Source: Candidatus Eiseniibacteriota bacterium (GTDB lineage: Bacteria > Eisenbacteria > RBG-16-71-46). Taken from it: 64,000 nucleotides of DNA. Positions within the stretch are counted from its first letter, which is position 1. Each line of letters opens with the position of its first letter. Shown here in pieces: positions 8,373-17,412 of this stretch. Under the pieces are notes generated by a model, which did not search any database, was not told where the DNA came from, and was given only the letters and a program-made list of their open reading frames with translations. The stretch is taken from NCBI GenBank assembly GCA_963717505.1, contig OY970342.1, forward strand, positions 704,001 to 768,000. Direction: 5' to 3'. The position numbers and the translations under genes are program-made.

Positions 8373-11042
8373 ATGAGCGCGCTCCCCCGCTGCGCCCTAC
8401 CCGCCGCTCTGGCCACCTTGCTGCAGTTCGCCCCTTCCCGTGCGGTTCCCGCCGAGCAGGCGCCGCCGCGCCTGGATCGCACCGCCATCCCCACCGCACA
8501 GTCCGTGGATCTGACGTGTGATCCAGAAAAGCCCGACTACACGGGAACGGCGCGCATCACGCTCGACGTGAAGCAACCCACCGACGTCCTGCGTTTCCAC
8601 GCGCGCGCGTTGACGATCGACAGTGCCACGCTCGAAGGTCCTCGTGGCACGCTCAAGGCCTCTGCGATCGAGCCGCTCGAGCCCGAACAGGTGCGTCTGC
8701 GCTTCCCGGCCACGGTCGCACCCGGCACGTACACGTTGACGCTCGCCTTCCACAACGCCTACAACACGCGGTCGATCTCGCTCTACAAGGTGTCGACTGG
8801 TGGGCACGCGTACCTTTTCACTCAATTTGAAGACACCGAGGCGCGCGAGGCGTTCCCCTGCTGGGACGAGCCGGAGTTCAAGATCCCCTGGCGCATGACG
8901 CTCCGGGTGCCCGCCACGGACCTGGCGGTGAGCAACACGCCCATCGCCAGCGAGACGCGTTCGGGAGCGAACAAGATCGTGGTGTTCGAGCCGACGCGCC
9001 CGCTGCCCTCCTACCTCATCGCGATTGCGGTCGGACCCTTCGAGACGGTGCCGATCCCCGCGATGTCGGTGCCGGGCCGCGTGGTCACGGTGCAGGGCGC
9101 GGGCCCATTGGCGGCCGACGCAGTGAAGGCCGCGGCACCGCTGCTCAAGTCACTCGAGCGCTACTTTGGCCGGCCCTATCCCTACACGAAGCTCGACCTG
9201 ATCGCCGCTCCCGAATTCTTGTACGGCGCCATGGAAAACGCCGGCGCCATCGTGTTTGCCGACCGCGCGCTGCTGATCGACCCGGCGATCGCGAGCCCCC
9301 AGCAGCGCACGCGTGTGTTCAGCGTCATGGCGCACGAAATGGCGCACATGTGGTTCGGCGACCTGGTCACCATGAAATGGTGGGACGACCTGTGGCTCAA
9401 CGAGTCGTTCGCCACGTGGATGGCGGACAAGGCGATGGACGACGTCTACCCTCGCGATCGGGAAGGCGTGACAGCGCTATTCAGCGTCCAGCGGGCATTC
9501 ACCACTGATTCCCGGCTCTCGACGCGCGCCATGCGCGGCAAGATCGAGGGCGCCACCACGCTGCAAGAGACCGCCAACGAGCTGACGTACAACAAGGGTG
9601 GCGCCGTGCTCACCATGTTCGAGGGCTGGGTGGGGCCCGACAAGTTCCGCGCCGGCGTGCTCGACTACTTGAAGGCGCACGAGTGGGCAAACGCGGAAGG
9701 CCGCGACCTGTGGCTCGCGATCGGCAAGCAATCGGGTGAGGACATCGACGCCGCCATGGCGAGCTTCCTGGACCAGGCCGGTGTTCCGCTGGTCACGTTG
9801 GAGCCGGTGGGCGGCGGGCGCGTGAAGCTCTCGCAGCGCCGATTCCTTACGGTGGGCGAAGCTCCGGCGGATACTCAGGTGTGGCGGATCCCCGTGATCC
9901 TGCGCTATCCGTCGGGCCGCGACCTGCGCACGCTGCGTGTATGGCTCTCCCAGCGCGACACCATCGCGGATCTGGGCGTTGCCGCCTTGCCGGCCTGGAT
10001 CATGCCCAACGCCGGAGCGAGCGGCTACTACCGCTGGCGCGTTCCCGAGGCGATGCGGGACTCACTGCTCCGCGCGGCGCGTGGTTCGCTCAACGAGCGA
10101 GAACGGATCGATGTGATCTGCAACCTCACGGCCCAGCTTCGGGCGGGCGCCGAGCGTGGCGACCGCTACCTGCAGATGATCGCCACGATGGCCGACGATC
10201 CCGACCCCGACGTCCTGCGCGCGGGCATGGGGTCGTTCGACGACACGCGAATCGCTCTCACCACACCGCGCTCCTCCACTGCCCTCGCCGCCTACGTGCG
10301 CACCACGTTCGACCCGGCTCTTCATCGCCTGGGGCTCGTGCCGAGCCCCGACGAACTGCCCGGTGCCTCGGTCGCGCGCGCTCAGTTGTTGCGCCTGCTC
10401 GCCGACGCCGGGAACAGCACGCCGGTGCTCGCATACGCGGAAAGCTTGAGCCAGGTCTATCGGAATTCACCGACTTCCGTAGCGCCGTCGTTGGTCGACT
10501 GTTCGATCGTGCTGGGGGCGCGCCGGGGGAACTCGGCGATGTTCGAGGACTACCGCCAGCGCTTCGAGACCACCACCGTGCCGAATGACCGCACGCTCTA
10601 CCTGGTTGGAATGGGCTCGTTCCGGGACCCGACGATTCGGGCGTCTGCGCTCGAGTACACCCTGAAGGGCCCGCTCCGCCCGCATGAGACCCAGGTCATT
10701 CCTGCCTCGATGGGCGAGACCGGCCTCACGTCGTACGGGGGTCGCGGCGGCGGCGGTGAATTCTCGGATGAAATGGCCAAGTGGACGCTCGACCATTGGG
10801 ACGAGCTGGTGGCGAAAATGCCGCCGAACTTCGCCACGCGGAATCTGCAAATGACCGGGGGTTGTTCCCGGGAACGCGTCGCCGGGCTCAAGCAGTTTTT
10901 CGCGGATCCCAGGCGCGACACCCCGGGAATCCGGGCCACGCTGCGGCGCATGGCCGATGCGATGGAGGAGTGCTCGAGCCTGCACGATCGCGAAGCAGGT
11001 CGGGTCGAGCAGTGGCTGAATTCCGCGGCAACCGCCCCGTAA
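8373..11042 (+). CDS. M1 family aminopeptidase with ERAP1-like C-terminal domain
   Basis: GAMEN motif, HEMAH-x18-E zinc motif, YNKG; signal peptide. Confidence 0.95.
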   Translation: MSALPRCALPAALATLLQFAPSRAVPAEQAPPRLDRTAIPTAQSVDLTCDPEKPDYTGTARITLDVKQPTDVLRFHARALTIDSATLEGPRGTLKASAIEPLEPEQVRLRFPATVAPGTYTLTLAFHNAYNTRSISLYKVSTGGHAYLFTQFEDTEAREAFPCWDEPEFKIPWRMTLRVPATDLAVSNTPIASETRSGANKIVVFEPTRPLPSYLIAIAVGPFETVPIPAMSVPGRVVTVQGAGPLAADAVKAAAPLLKSLERYFGRPYPYTKLDLIAAPEFLYGAMENAGAIVFADRALLIDPAIASPQQRTRVFSVMAHEMAHMWFGDLVTMKWWDDLWLNESFATWMADKAMDDVYPRDREGVTALFSVQRAFTTDSRLSTRAMRGKIEGATTLQETANELTYNKGGAVLTMFEGWVGPDKFRAGVLDYLKAHEWANAEGRDLWLAIGKQSGEDIDAAMASFLDQAGVPLVTLEPVGGGRVKLSQRRFLTVGEAPADTQVWRIPVILRYPSGRDLRTLRVWLSQRDTIADLGVAALPAWIMPNAGASGYYRWRVPEAMRDSLLRAARGSLNERERIDVICNLTAQLRAGAERGDRYLQMIATMADDPDPDVLRAGMGSFDDTRIALTTPRSSTALAAYVRTTFDPALHRLGLVPSPDELPGASVARAQLLRLLADAGNSTPVLAYAESLSQVYRNSPTSVAPSLVDCSIVLGARRGNSAMFEDYRQRFETTTVPNDRTLYLVGMGSFRDPTIRASALEYTLKGPLRPHETQVIPASMGETGLTSYGGRGGGGEFSDEMAKWTLDHWDELVAKMPPNFATRNLQMTGGCSRERVAGLKQFFADPRRDTPGIRATLRRMADAMEECSSLHDREAGRVEQWLNSAATAP

Positions 11043-11060
11043 CGAGTAGGCAAACGACTA

Positions 11061-11453
11061 TCAAGTCTCGAGGTCTTTGATCAGGCAGAACTTGTTGCCG
11101 AACGGATCCAGCATCACGGCCCATTCCAGGTAGGGACGGTCCGCCCCGATCGGGTAGGTCCCCTTCTCGCGAAAGAGCGTCGCGCCCAGCGCTAGGGCCT
11201 GCTGAACGGCGACGTCGACATCCGCGACGGTCAGATCGAGGTGGGCGTTGTTCGTGGGGGCCGGCTGCTGCTTGGTCACTCCCTGGAGCAGGATCGAATG
11301 CGACGCCTTGTCGCCCAGCCTGGAATAGGGCGTCGGGTGCCCGACCCTGCTGAAGCGAAGCGGCAGCCCGGTCATCGCCATCCAGAAGCTCTCTCCTCGC
11401 TCCAGATCGGTGACGTTCATCACGATGCAGCGAAAGGTTCCGACGGCCATCAC
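11061..11453 (-). CDS. VOC/glyoxalase family protein
   Basis: NNAHLDL and MLDPFGNKFCLI; GAGGAGG RBS. Confidence 0.85.
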   Translation of the reverse strand: MMAVGTFRCIVMNVTDLERGESFWMAMTGLPLRFSRVGHPTPYSRLGDKASHSILLQGVTKQQPAPTNNAHLDLTVADVDVAVQQALALGATLFREKGTYPIGADRPYLEWAVMLDPFGNKFCLIKDLET

Positions 11454-11482
11454 TGCCTCCTCGCGCGAAACGCGGTACCCGT

Positions 11483-12172
11483 CTAGAAGCCTACCCCGAC
11501 GCCGAAGGTCACCACCGGCTCCCAGCTCTCGTACGGCGAGCGGTCATCCTGCAGGACATCGAAGAGAACCTCGGCATAGACGGCCGTGCGCGGACTGATC
11601 GGGCGGATGAAGCCGCCACCCACCAGCAGGAACGGCACCCATTCGCGGGTGGACGAGTTGGGCCCGGTGAAGATTTCGTAGTTGACGTTCTGGTATTCGC
11701 CGTGGGCGTAGAGATTCGGACGCAGGCGGTAATTCGCGAAAACGCTTCCGCCGTAGTTGTTCGAGGACTGATTGGAGCCGTAGCTCACGTACTCGTAGCC
11801 GCCCTCCACGCCTCCGGAAATTTTCGGCGTCAGCTTATAGCCCACCATCGGGAAAAACCCGATGCGTGTCGTCGATCCGACCGAGAGCGTTACCGAACCG
11901 CCATAGTAGATGCGATCGTTCGGCGCGGATTGGTTGGAAGTAGCGGGCGGCGGCGTCGACGCGGGTGGCGGCGTCGACGCGGGTGGCGGCGCTTGCGTGG
12001 CTGCCGCCGGCGGAGTCACGACCGGGGCCACCGCGGTGGTGTCGGGTTCCGCCACCGTGGTGTCGGGTGCGGCCGCGGTGGTGTCGGCGGCCACCGGCAG
12101 AGCCGCGTGCGCGGTTACTGCTGACCCCGACACACCAATTGCCAGCAGAATCACGAGAATCTTCGGTTTCAT
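11483..12172 (-). CDS. Outer-membrane beta-barrel-like protein with Pro/Thr/Ala-rich N-terminal linker
   Basis: Signal peptide MKPKILVILL, amphipathic beta-strands, C-terminal GVGVGF; GAGGAG RBS. Confidence 0.75.
   Translation of the reverse strand: MKPKILVILLAIGVSGSAVTAHAALPVAADTTAAAPDTTVAEPDTTAVAPVVTPPAAATQAPPPASTPPPASTPPPATSNQSAPNDRIYYGGSVTLSVGSTTRIGFFPMVGYKLTPKISGGVEGGYEYVSYGSNQSSNNYGGSVFANYRLRPNLYAHGEYQNVNYEIFTGPNSSTREWVPFLLVGGGFIRPISPRTAVYAEVLFDVLQDDRSPYESWEPVVTFGVGVGF
11943..11990 (-). repeat. In-frame 18-bp tandem repeat, about 2.7 copies (PPPAST)
   Basis: gcggg(c/t)ggcggcgtcgac units begin at 11943, 11961 and 11979. Confidence 0.85.
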
Positions 12173-12322
12173 ATCGAGCTCCTCATTGTTGTGGGGGTGC
12201 TTTGGCATGATAGGTGAACTCGCCGGCGCGGGTCGAGCGATCGGAGAGGAAGGAATTCCAAGAGTTCGTGGACGCGGTCCCAGGGCGGCAGGGTCATGTT
12301 TGCGCCAACCCTAGCACGTGAA

Positions 12323-12661
12323 TCATCGACCGCGCGTCACGATCCACACCGCGAGCGTCCAGGTCGGCACCAGTCCCACGAACGGCACCAGCTCCGCGAG
12401 GAAGGTGGGCAGGAACGCCCAATGGAACCCCAGCAGGCCGATCATCGCGAACGCGACCACGACGTCGAGCACGTCGGCCACCGGCGACGTTGCGCCCCAC
12501 ACGAACATCGGGAGCGCCGCCCACTGAACGACGTCGGCGGCGATCGCGACGGCGAAGGCGATGCGACGCCTGGCGGGTGCGAGCGGAGGCGCACGCCGTT
12601 CGCCCGCCCGAGAGATTCTTTCGACATCGGGCTCCTCGATCTTCGGAGGGACCTCGATCAT
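12323..12661 (-). CDS. Small hypothetical membrane protein
   Basis: Hydrophobic helices; FHWAFLPTFLAELVP...PTWT motif; GGAGAG RBS. Confidence 0.7.
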   Translation of the reverse strand: MIEVPPKIEEPDVERISRAGERRAPPLAPARRRIAFAVAIAADVVQWAALPMFVWGATSPVADVLDVVVAFAMIGLLGFHWAFLPTFLAELVPFVGLVPTWTLAVWIVTRGR

Positions 12662-12772
12662 GCACTCTCTCCACGAGCGGGCGGCCTCTGCATCGGATGG
12701 GTGCGATCGTCACGCCTCGAACCCCGCCCGAGACGATACTTGATCCCGCGGGCGTGCATCACATCCGACCGG

Positions 12773-13846
12773 TCACGACGGCGTGGCAATACCCTCGACC
12801 ATCGAGTGATCCAGCCTGGGAACCAAGTGCAGCAGCAGCTCCAAAGCCGCGAGATAGTCGTCGATGTCGACGATCGACACGTGACTATGGATGTACCGCA
12901 CCGGAACTCCGAGCACGATCGAGGGCACGCCTCTCCCCACCTGGTGAATCGCCCCACCATTGGTCCCTCCCGCCTGCCAGACGGCGACCTGATGAGCGAT
13001 CCCCCGTGACTTCGCGGTTTCCAGCACCAGCTCGCACAGGCGCGGATTCGGAATCATCGTGGGGTCGTAGAGCCGCACGTGAACCCCCGCGCCCAATCGG
13101 CACTGCGCCGCCAGGCGATCCCCCGGCGGCGCGTCATCGGCATAGGGTCCTTCCAGGACGATCGCCAGGTCGGGCTTCACCGCCTCGGTCACGGTGCGTG
13201 CGCCGCGCAGGCCGATTTCCTCCTGCGCGCTTCCCGCGCCGATCACCGTGTTCGGATGCTCACCCAGGCGTTCTAGAGTCTCGATCACGAGCGCCACGCC
13301 CACGCGGTTGTCGAAGGCCTTCGCCGAGAACAACCGCTCGCTGGTCATTGGCAGGAACGGGGCGTAGGGCACGATCGGGCAGCCTGGGAGCACGCCGTAT
13401 TCCGCCGCGTGTTCCCGGGTTCCTGCCCCGACGTCGATGAACAGCTCGCTGAAATCGAGGACGCGGTCGCGCTCGCTGGGTTTGAGCACATGTGGCGGCC
13501 GGGAGCCGATGACCCCGTGCACCTTGCCGCGTCGAGTCAGGATGCGGACTCGCTGCGCGAGAAGCGCGTGCGCCCACCAGCCACCGAGTGGAAGGAACTT
13601 GACCAGTCCCGCCGGCGTGACGCTTTGCACGATGAAGCCCACTTCGTCGAGATGCGAATCGAGAAGGATGCGTGGGACGTCGCCCGCGCCACGCTTGGTG
13701 CAGAAGATGCTCCCCAATCGATCGCTCCCGATCTCTCCGACTCCCGACAGTCGCGACCGGAAGATCTCGCGCACCTCGGCCTCGTGCCCGGGCACGGCGT
13801 CGGCCTGAGTCAGGTCGCGAAGGAGATCGATCGAAGCCCGGCTCAC
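12773..13846 (-). CDS. M42 family metallopeptidase
   Basis: SHLDEVG, KAFDNRVG, QEEIGLRGA, RYIHS. Confidence 0.93.
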   Translation of the reverse strand: MSRASIDLLRDLTQADAVPGHEAEVREIFRSRLSGVGEIGSDRLGSIFCTKRGAGDVPRILLDSHLDEVGFIVQSVTPAGLVKFLPLGGWWAHALLAQRVRILTRRGKVHGVIGSRPPHVLKPSERDRVLDFSELFIDVGAGTREHAAEYGVLPGCPIVPYAPFLPMTSERLFSAKAFDNRVGVALVIETLERLGEHPNTVIGAGSAQEEIGLRGARTVTEAVKPDLAIVLEGPYADDAPPGDRLAAQCRLGAGVHVRLYDPTMIPNPRLCELVLETAKSRGIAHQVAVWQAGGTNGGAIHQVGRGVPSIVLGVPVRYIHSHVSIVDIDDYLAALELLLHLVPRLDHSMVEGIATPS

Positions 13847-13862
13847 CCGTTTCTCCGATGGG

Positions 13863-14882
13863 TCATACGGACACCGAGGTCCTCGCCGCCAGCGTCACGG
13901 TTTGTCCACGACCCGTGGCCACCGAGCGTTCGTAGGCGAGCACCGCGGCCGCAACGTCCTGAATCGCCGTCCCGGTGCTGTCGAACAAGGTCAGCTCGTC
14001 GTCCGACGACCTGCCGCGCTTGGCGCCGGTGACGACTTGGCCCAGCTCGGCGTGGACGCCGTCCACGGTCATGACACCAGCGGCGACCGCGTGGTGCAGA
14101 TCCCCGATGCTCAGACACTGGTCGAGCACGTCGACCACCACGGTGGCGCCCCGAAAGAGCTCGGCGTGGATTTCATGCTTCTCGGGGTGATCCGCGCCGA
14201 CTGCGGCCACGAACGCGCCGGGTCGAACGTGCTCGGGACCGAGGAACGGCTGGCGCGAGGGCGTGCAAGTCACCCAGACGTCACTCGCGCGACAAGAGGA
14301 CAAGTCCCGAACCGCCGTCACCGGAAGGCAGAGGGTTGCCGACATCTCCTTCGCAAAGCGCCGGGCCTTGTCTTCGTCATGGTCCAGGACCTGGACTCGC
14401 TCGATCGGCAGCACGGTGGCCAGCGCGCGGAGCTGCGCACGACCCTGGATCCCGCAGCCGACGATCGTGGCGGTCGAGCTGTCGGGACGCGCCAGGTACT
14501 TTGCCGCGACCGCCGTGGCTGCTGCCGTGCGGAGCGTGGTGATTTCGATCGAGTCCATGAGCGCGAGCACGCGGCCGTCGGCGGCGTCGCAGAGCACGAT
14601 GACGCCCTGGATCGTCGGCAGCCCCCGTCGCGCCGGGTTCTCCGGAAAATTGCCGTTGGTCTTGGCCGCGAAATAGGAACGGCCCAGGGTCGCGGACGCC
14701 GCCTTGATGTGGAATCCGCCGCCCTCGACGTGGATTCCCAGCACTCCGGGCGGGCCGACGCCTCCGGTGGCGTGAAGCGCATGCACCCGCTCAACGGCGA
14801 GGATGCAGTCCTCGAGGCCGAGGACATCAGCCACGTCCGACGCGGTGAGGATCAAAGTCGATCCGCTGGGGACCCTAGTCAT
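13863..14882 (-). CDS. Ornithine cyclodeaminase/mu-crystallin family protein (archaeal-type alanine dehydrogenase-like)
   Basis: ITTLRTAAAT, GCGIQG, AVGAD, FDSTGTAIQDVA; start at ATG 14882. Confidence 0.92.
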   Translation of the reverse strand: MTRVPSGSTLILTASDVADVLGLEDCILAVERVHALHATGGVGPPGVLGIHVEGGGFHIKAASATLGRSYFAAKTNGNFPENPARRGLPTIQGVIVLCDAADGRVLALMDSIEITTLRTAAATAVAAKYLARPDSSTATIVGCGIQGRAQLRALATVLPIERVQVLDHDEDKARRFAKEMSATLCLPVTAVRDLSSCRASDVWVTCTPSRQPFLGPEHVRPGAFVAAVGADHPEKHEIHAELFRGATVVVDVLDQCLSIGDLHHAVAAGVMTVDGVHAELGQVVTGAKRGRSSDDELTLFDSTGTAIQDVAAAVLAYERSVATGRGQTVTLAARTSVSV

Positions 14883-14911
14883 CGCGGTTTCCCTCGTGAA
14901 TATAGAAAAAA

Positions 14912-14947
14912 GATACACTTGATATACTGTTAGTGCAATTGTATCAT
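14912..14947 (+). promoter_or_regulatory. Sigma70-type promoter of chrBA overlapped by an imperfect inverted repeat (candidate operator)
   Basis: TTGATA(14919-24)-N17-TATCAT(14942-47). IR arms GATACACTTG(14912-21) and CAATTGTATC(14936-45), 1 mismatch, in an AT-rich patch. Confidence 0.7.
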
Positions 14948-14953
14948 TTCTTC

Positions 14954-15961
14954 GTGAAAACCCGGACCGACCCAAGACCCGTCGAGCCCGAGGCACCTCG
15001 TGAATCGGGCTCGGACCATCGCTGGCTCCTGCTGACTCACCAGGTTCCGCCGAGCCCCTCTTATCTCCGGGTCAAGGTCCGTCGTCAGCTGCACCGGATC
15101 GGGGCGGTCGCGCTCAAGAACTCGGTCTACGTCCTGCCGCCCGGCGACGACACGCGCGAGGACTTCGAGTGGCTGTGCCGGGAGATCGAAAGGAACGGCG
15201 GCGAGGCCACGCTTTGCCTGGCGTCGTTCCTGGACGACGCCACGGACGCCCGGATCATTGCCGCGTTTCGCGAAGCCCGAGCCGCGGACTATCGATCGAT
15301 TGCCCAGGCGGCCCGTGAGCTCTACACCCGAAACGAGGAGGAAGTGATGAAGGACACGGTACCGGTCACGCAGAAACGCGGCAGGAAGCTTCGGAAGTGG
15401 TTGGACCAGGTGACGGCCATCGACTACTTCGACGCCTCGGGTCGCGACGAGGCCGAACGGCGGATCTCGGACGTCGAGTCCTTGATGCGCGACGCGCCCG
15501 AACCGCAACCCGCCACCTCCAGTCGCACAAAGTCTCGACCCACCGGACGCACCTGGGTGACGCGACAGGGCGTCAAGGTCGATCGTATGTCGAGCGCCTG
15601 GCTCATTCGTCGTTTCATCGATCCAGCCGCGACGCTCAAGTTCGTCCCGGCCCGTGGCTACGAGGCACAGCCTGGAGAACTCCGTTTCGACATGTTCGAC
15701 GGCGAGTTCACGCACGAGGCCGACCACTGCACATTCGAAACGCTGCTCGATCGATTCGAGCTCGACGATCCAGCGCTCGCCACGCTCGGCCAGATCATTC
15801 ACGACATCGATTGCAAGGACGAGAAGTTCAGCCGCGCCGAGGTCAGCGGGGTATCGGCGATGATCGACGGCATCACTCGAGCCCACGACCAGGACGAGGA
15901 TCGGATTCAGCGCGGAACGGCGTTGTTCGACGGCCTTTACGAGCACTTCAGTTCACGGTGA
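14954..15961 (+). CDS. chrB: Chromate resistance protein ChrB
   Basis: N-terminal WLLL...YLRVKVRRQL..GAVALKNSVYVLP; C-terminal WVTR..VDR.SSAWLIRRFID, FDMFDGEFTH..CTFE. Confidence 0.92.
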   Translation: MKTRTDPRPVEPEAPRESGSDHRWLLLTHQVPPSPSYLRVKVRRQLHRIGAVALKNSVYVLPPGDDTREDFEWLCREIERNGGEATLCLASFLDDATDARIIAAFREARAADYRSIAQAARELYTRNEEEVMKDTVPVTQKRGRKLRKWLDQVTAIDYFDASGRDEAERRISDVESLMRDAPEPQPATSSRTKSRPTGRTWVTRQGVKVDRMSSAWLIRRFIDPAATLKFVPARGYEAQPGELRFDMFDGEFTHEADHCTFETLLDRFELDDPALATLGQIIHDIDCKDEKFSRAEVSGVSAMIDGITRAHDQDEDRIQRGTALFDGLYEHFSSR

Positions 15962-17286
15962 TCCGAGCGGACGGTCGCGGAACGGTACCGCTCTCGACCG
16001 CGATGCCGGTGTGGACCCGGATCGCGCTGCTCAGCTTCGGCGGGCCCGCGGGACAGATCGCCGTGATGCATCGGCTCCTGGTGGACGAGCGCAAGTGGGT
16101 GAGCGAGGAGCGCTTCCTCCATTGCATGAGCTACTGCATGTTGCTGCCCGGCCCCGAAGCCCAGCAGCTGGCGACCTACCTGGGCTGGCTGCTGCACGGG
16201 ACGCGAGGCGGCCTGATCGCCGGAGTCTTGTTCGTCGTGCCCGGATTCGTGTCGATTCTGGTTCTCAGCCTGCTCTACGCCCAGTTCCGTGATACTACGA
16301 TCCTCCAAGGCATCTTCTTCGGGCTGAAGCCGGCCGTCATGGCGGTCGTGATCGAGGCGCTGCTCCGGATCGGACGGCGTGCCCTGGTCGGCCGCGGGCG
16401 AATGCTGCTCGCCCTGGTCGCGTTCATCGCGATCTTCTTCCTGCAGGTGCCGTTCCCGTTGATCGTCGCGTGTGCGGGTCTTCTCGGGTACCTCGGAAGT
16501 CGGTGGACCCGTGTGGAAGCGCCGGCCGGGGACGGACCCGAACCTGGGCTCGAGGCGATGCGGCGCCCGACGGTTCGCTCGACCGCGAGAACGATCGCCG
16601 TGTGGCTCGTGATCTGGTTCGTCCCGGTCTGGTTGCTGGCCCGCACCTTCGGAAGTCGAAGCATCTTCGTCGAGGAAGCGCTCTTCTTCAGCAAGACCGC
16701 GGTGGTCACGTTCGGGGGCGCCTACGCCGTCCTCTCGTACATCGCGCAGCAGGCGGTCGAGGCCTACCGTTGGCTGAGCCCCGGTGAAATGCTCGACGGA
16801 CTCGGCATGGCCGAGACGACGCCCGGTCCGCTCATCCAGGTCGTCCAGTTCGTCGGCTACTTGGCCGCCTACCGCAATCCCGGTGACCTTTCACCGGTGG
16901 CGGCGGGCGTGCTCGGCTCGGTGGTCACCGCATGGGTGACGTTCGTTCCCTGCTTCCTGTTCATCTTCGCCGGCGCCCCGTTCGCCGAACATCTGCGGGG
17001 CCGGCCCGGACTCAAGGGGGCGCTCTCGGCCATCACCGCAGCGATCGTCGGCGTCATCCTGAACCTTGCCGTATGGTTTTCTCTGCACACGCTGTTCGGC
17101 GAAGTCCACGAGCTGCGGTTCGGACCGCTCAGGCTCCTGACGCCCGAGTGGCGCAGCATCGACTGGTTCTCACTGGCGCTGGCGCTGGGAGCCGGAGTGG
17201 CGATGCTGCGCTTTCGTGCCAGCATGCTGGCCACGCTCGGCGTGGCCGCGGCGATCGGCCTGGCCTACGCAACACTGTTTCGTTGA
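15958..17286 (+). CDS. chrA: Chromate efflux transporter ChrA (long-chain CHR)
   Basis: Duplicated CHR motifs SFGGPAGQI..LPGPEAQQ and TFGGAYAVL..ETTPGPLI; GTGA overlap with chrB. Confidence 0.95.
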   Translation: MIRADGRGTVPLSTAMPVWTRIALLSFGGPAGQIAVMHRLLVDERKWVSEERFLHCMSYCMLLPGPEAQQLATYLGWLLHGTRGGLIAGVLFVVPGFVSILVLSLLYAQFRDTTILQGIFFGLKPAVMAVVIEALLRIGRRALVGRGRMLLALVAFIAIFFLQVPFPLIVACAGLLGYLGSRWTRVEAPAGDGPEPGLEAMRRPTVRSTARTIAVWLVIWFVPVWLLARTFGSRSIFVEEALFFSKTAVVTFGGAYAVLSYIAQQAVEAYRWLSPGEMLDGLGMAETTPGPLIQVVQFVGYLAAYRNPGDLSPVAAGVLGSVVTAWVTFVPCFLFIFAGAPFAEHLRGRPGLKGALSAITAAIVGVILNLAVWFSLHTLFGEVHELRFGPLRLLTPEWRSIDWFSLALALGAGVAMLRFRASMLATLGVAAAIGLAYATLFR

Positions 17287-17293
17287 CGTGCGC

Positions 17294-17318
17294 TCCGCCA
17301 CGGAGTTCCGGTGGCGGA
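17294..17318. terminator. Hairpin between convergent chrA and fdh genes (possible terminator)
   Basis: 8-bp stem TCCGCCAC/GTGGCGGA; no clear U-tract. Confidence 0.4.
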
Positions 17319-17412
17319 ATCCGAGAGCACGTTACTGACGCTGAAGTAGGACTTGCGGACAGATGTTCGCGCCAATGGGCGACAGTCGGCAGAACGACCG
17401 GGGACGCGAGCG

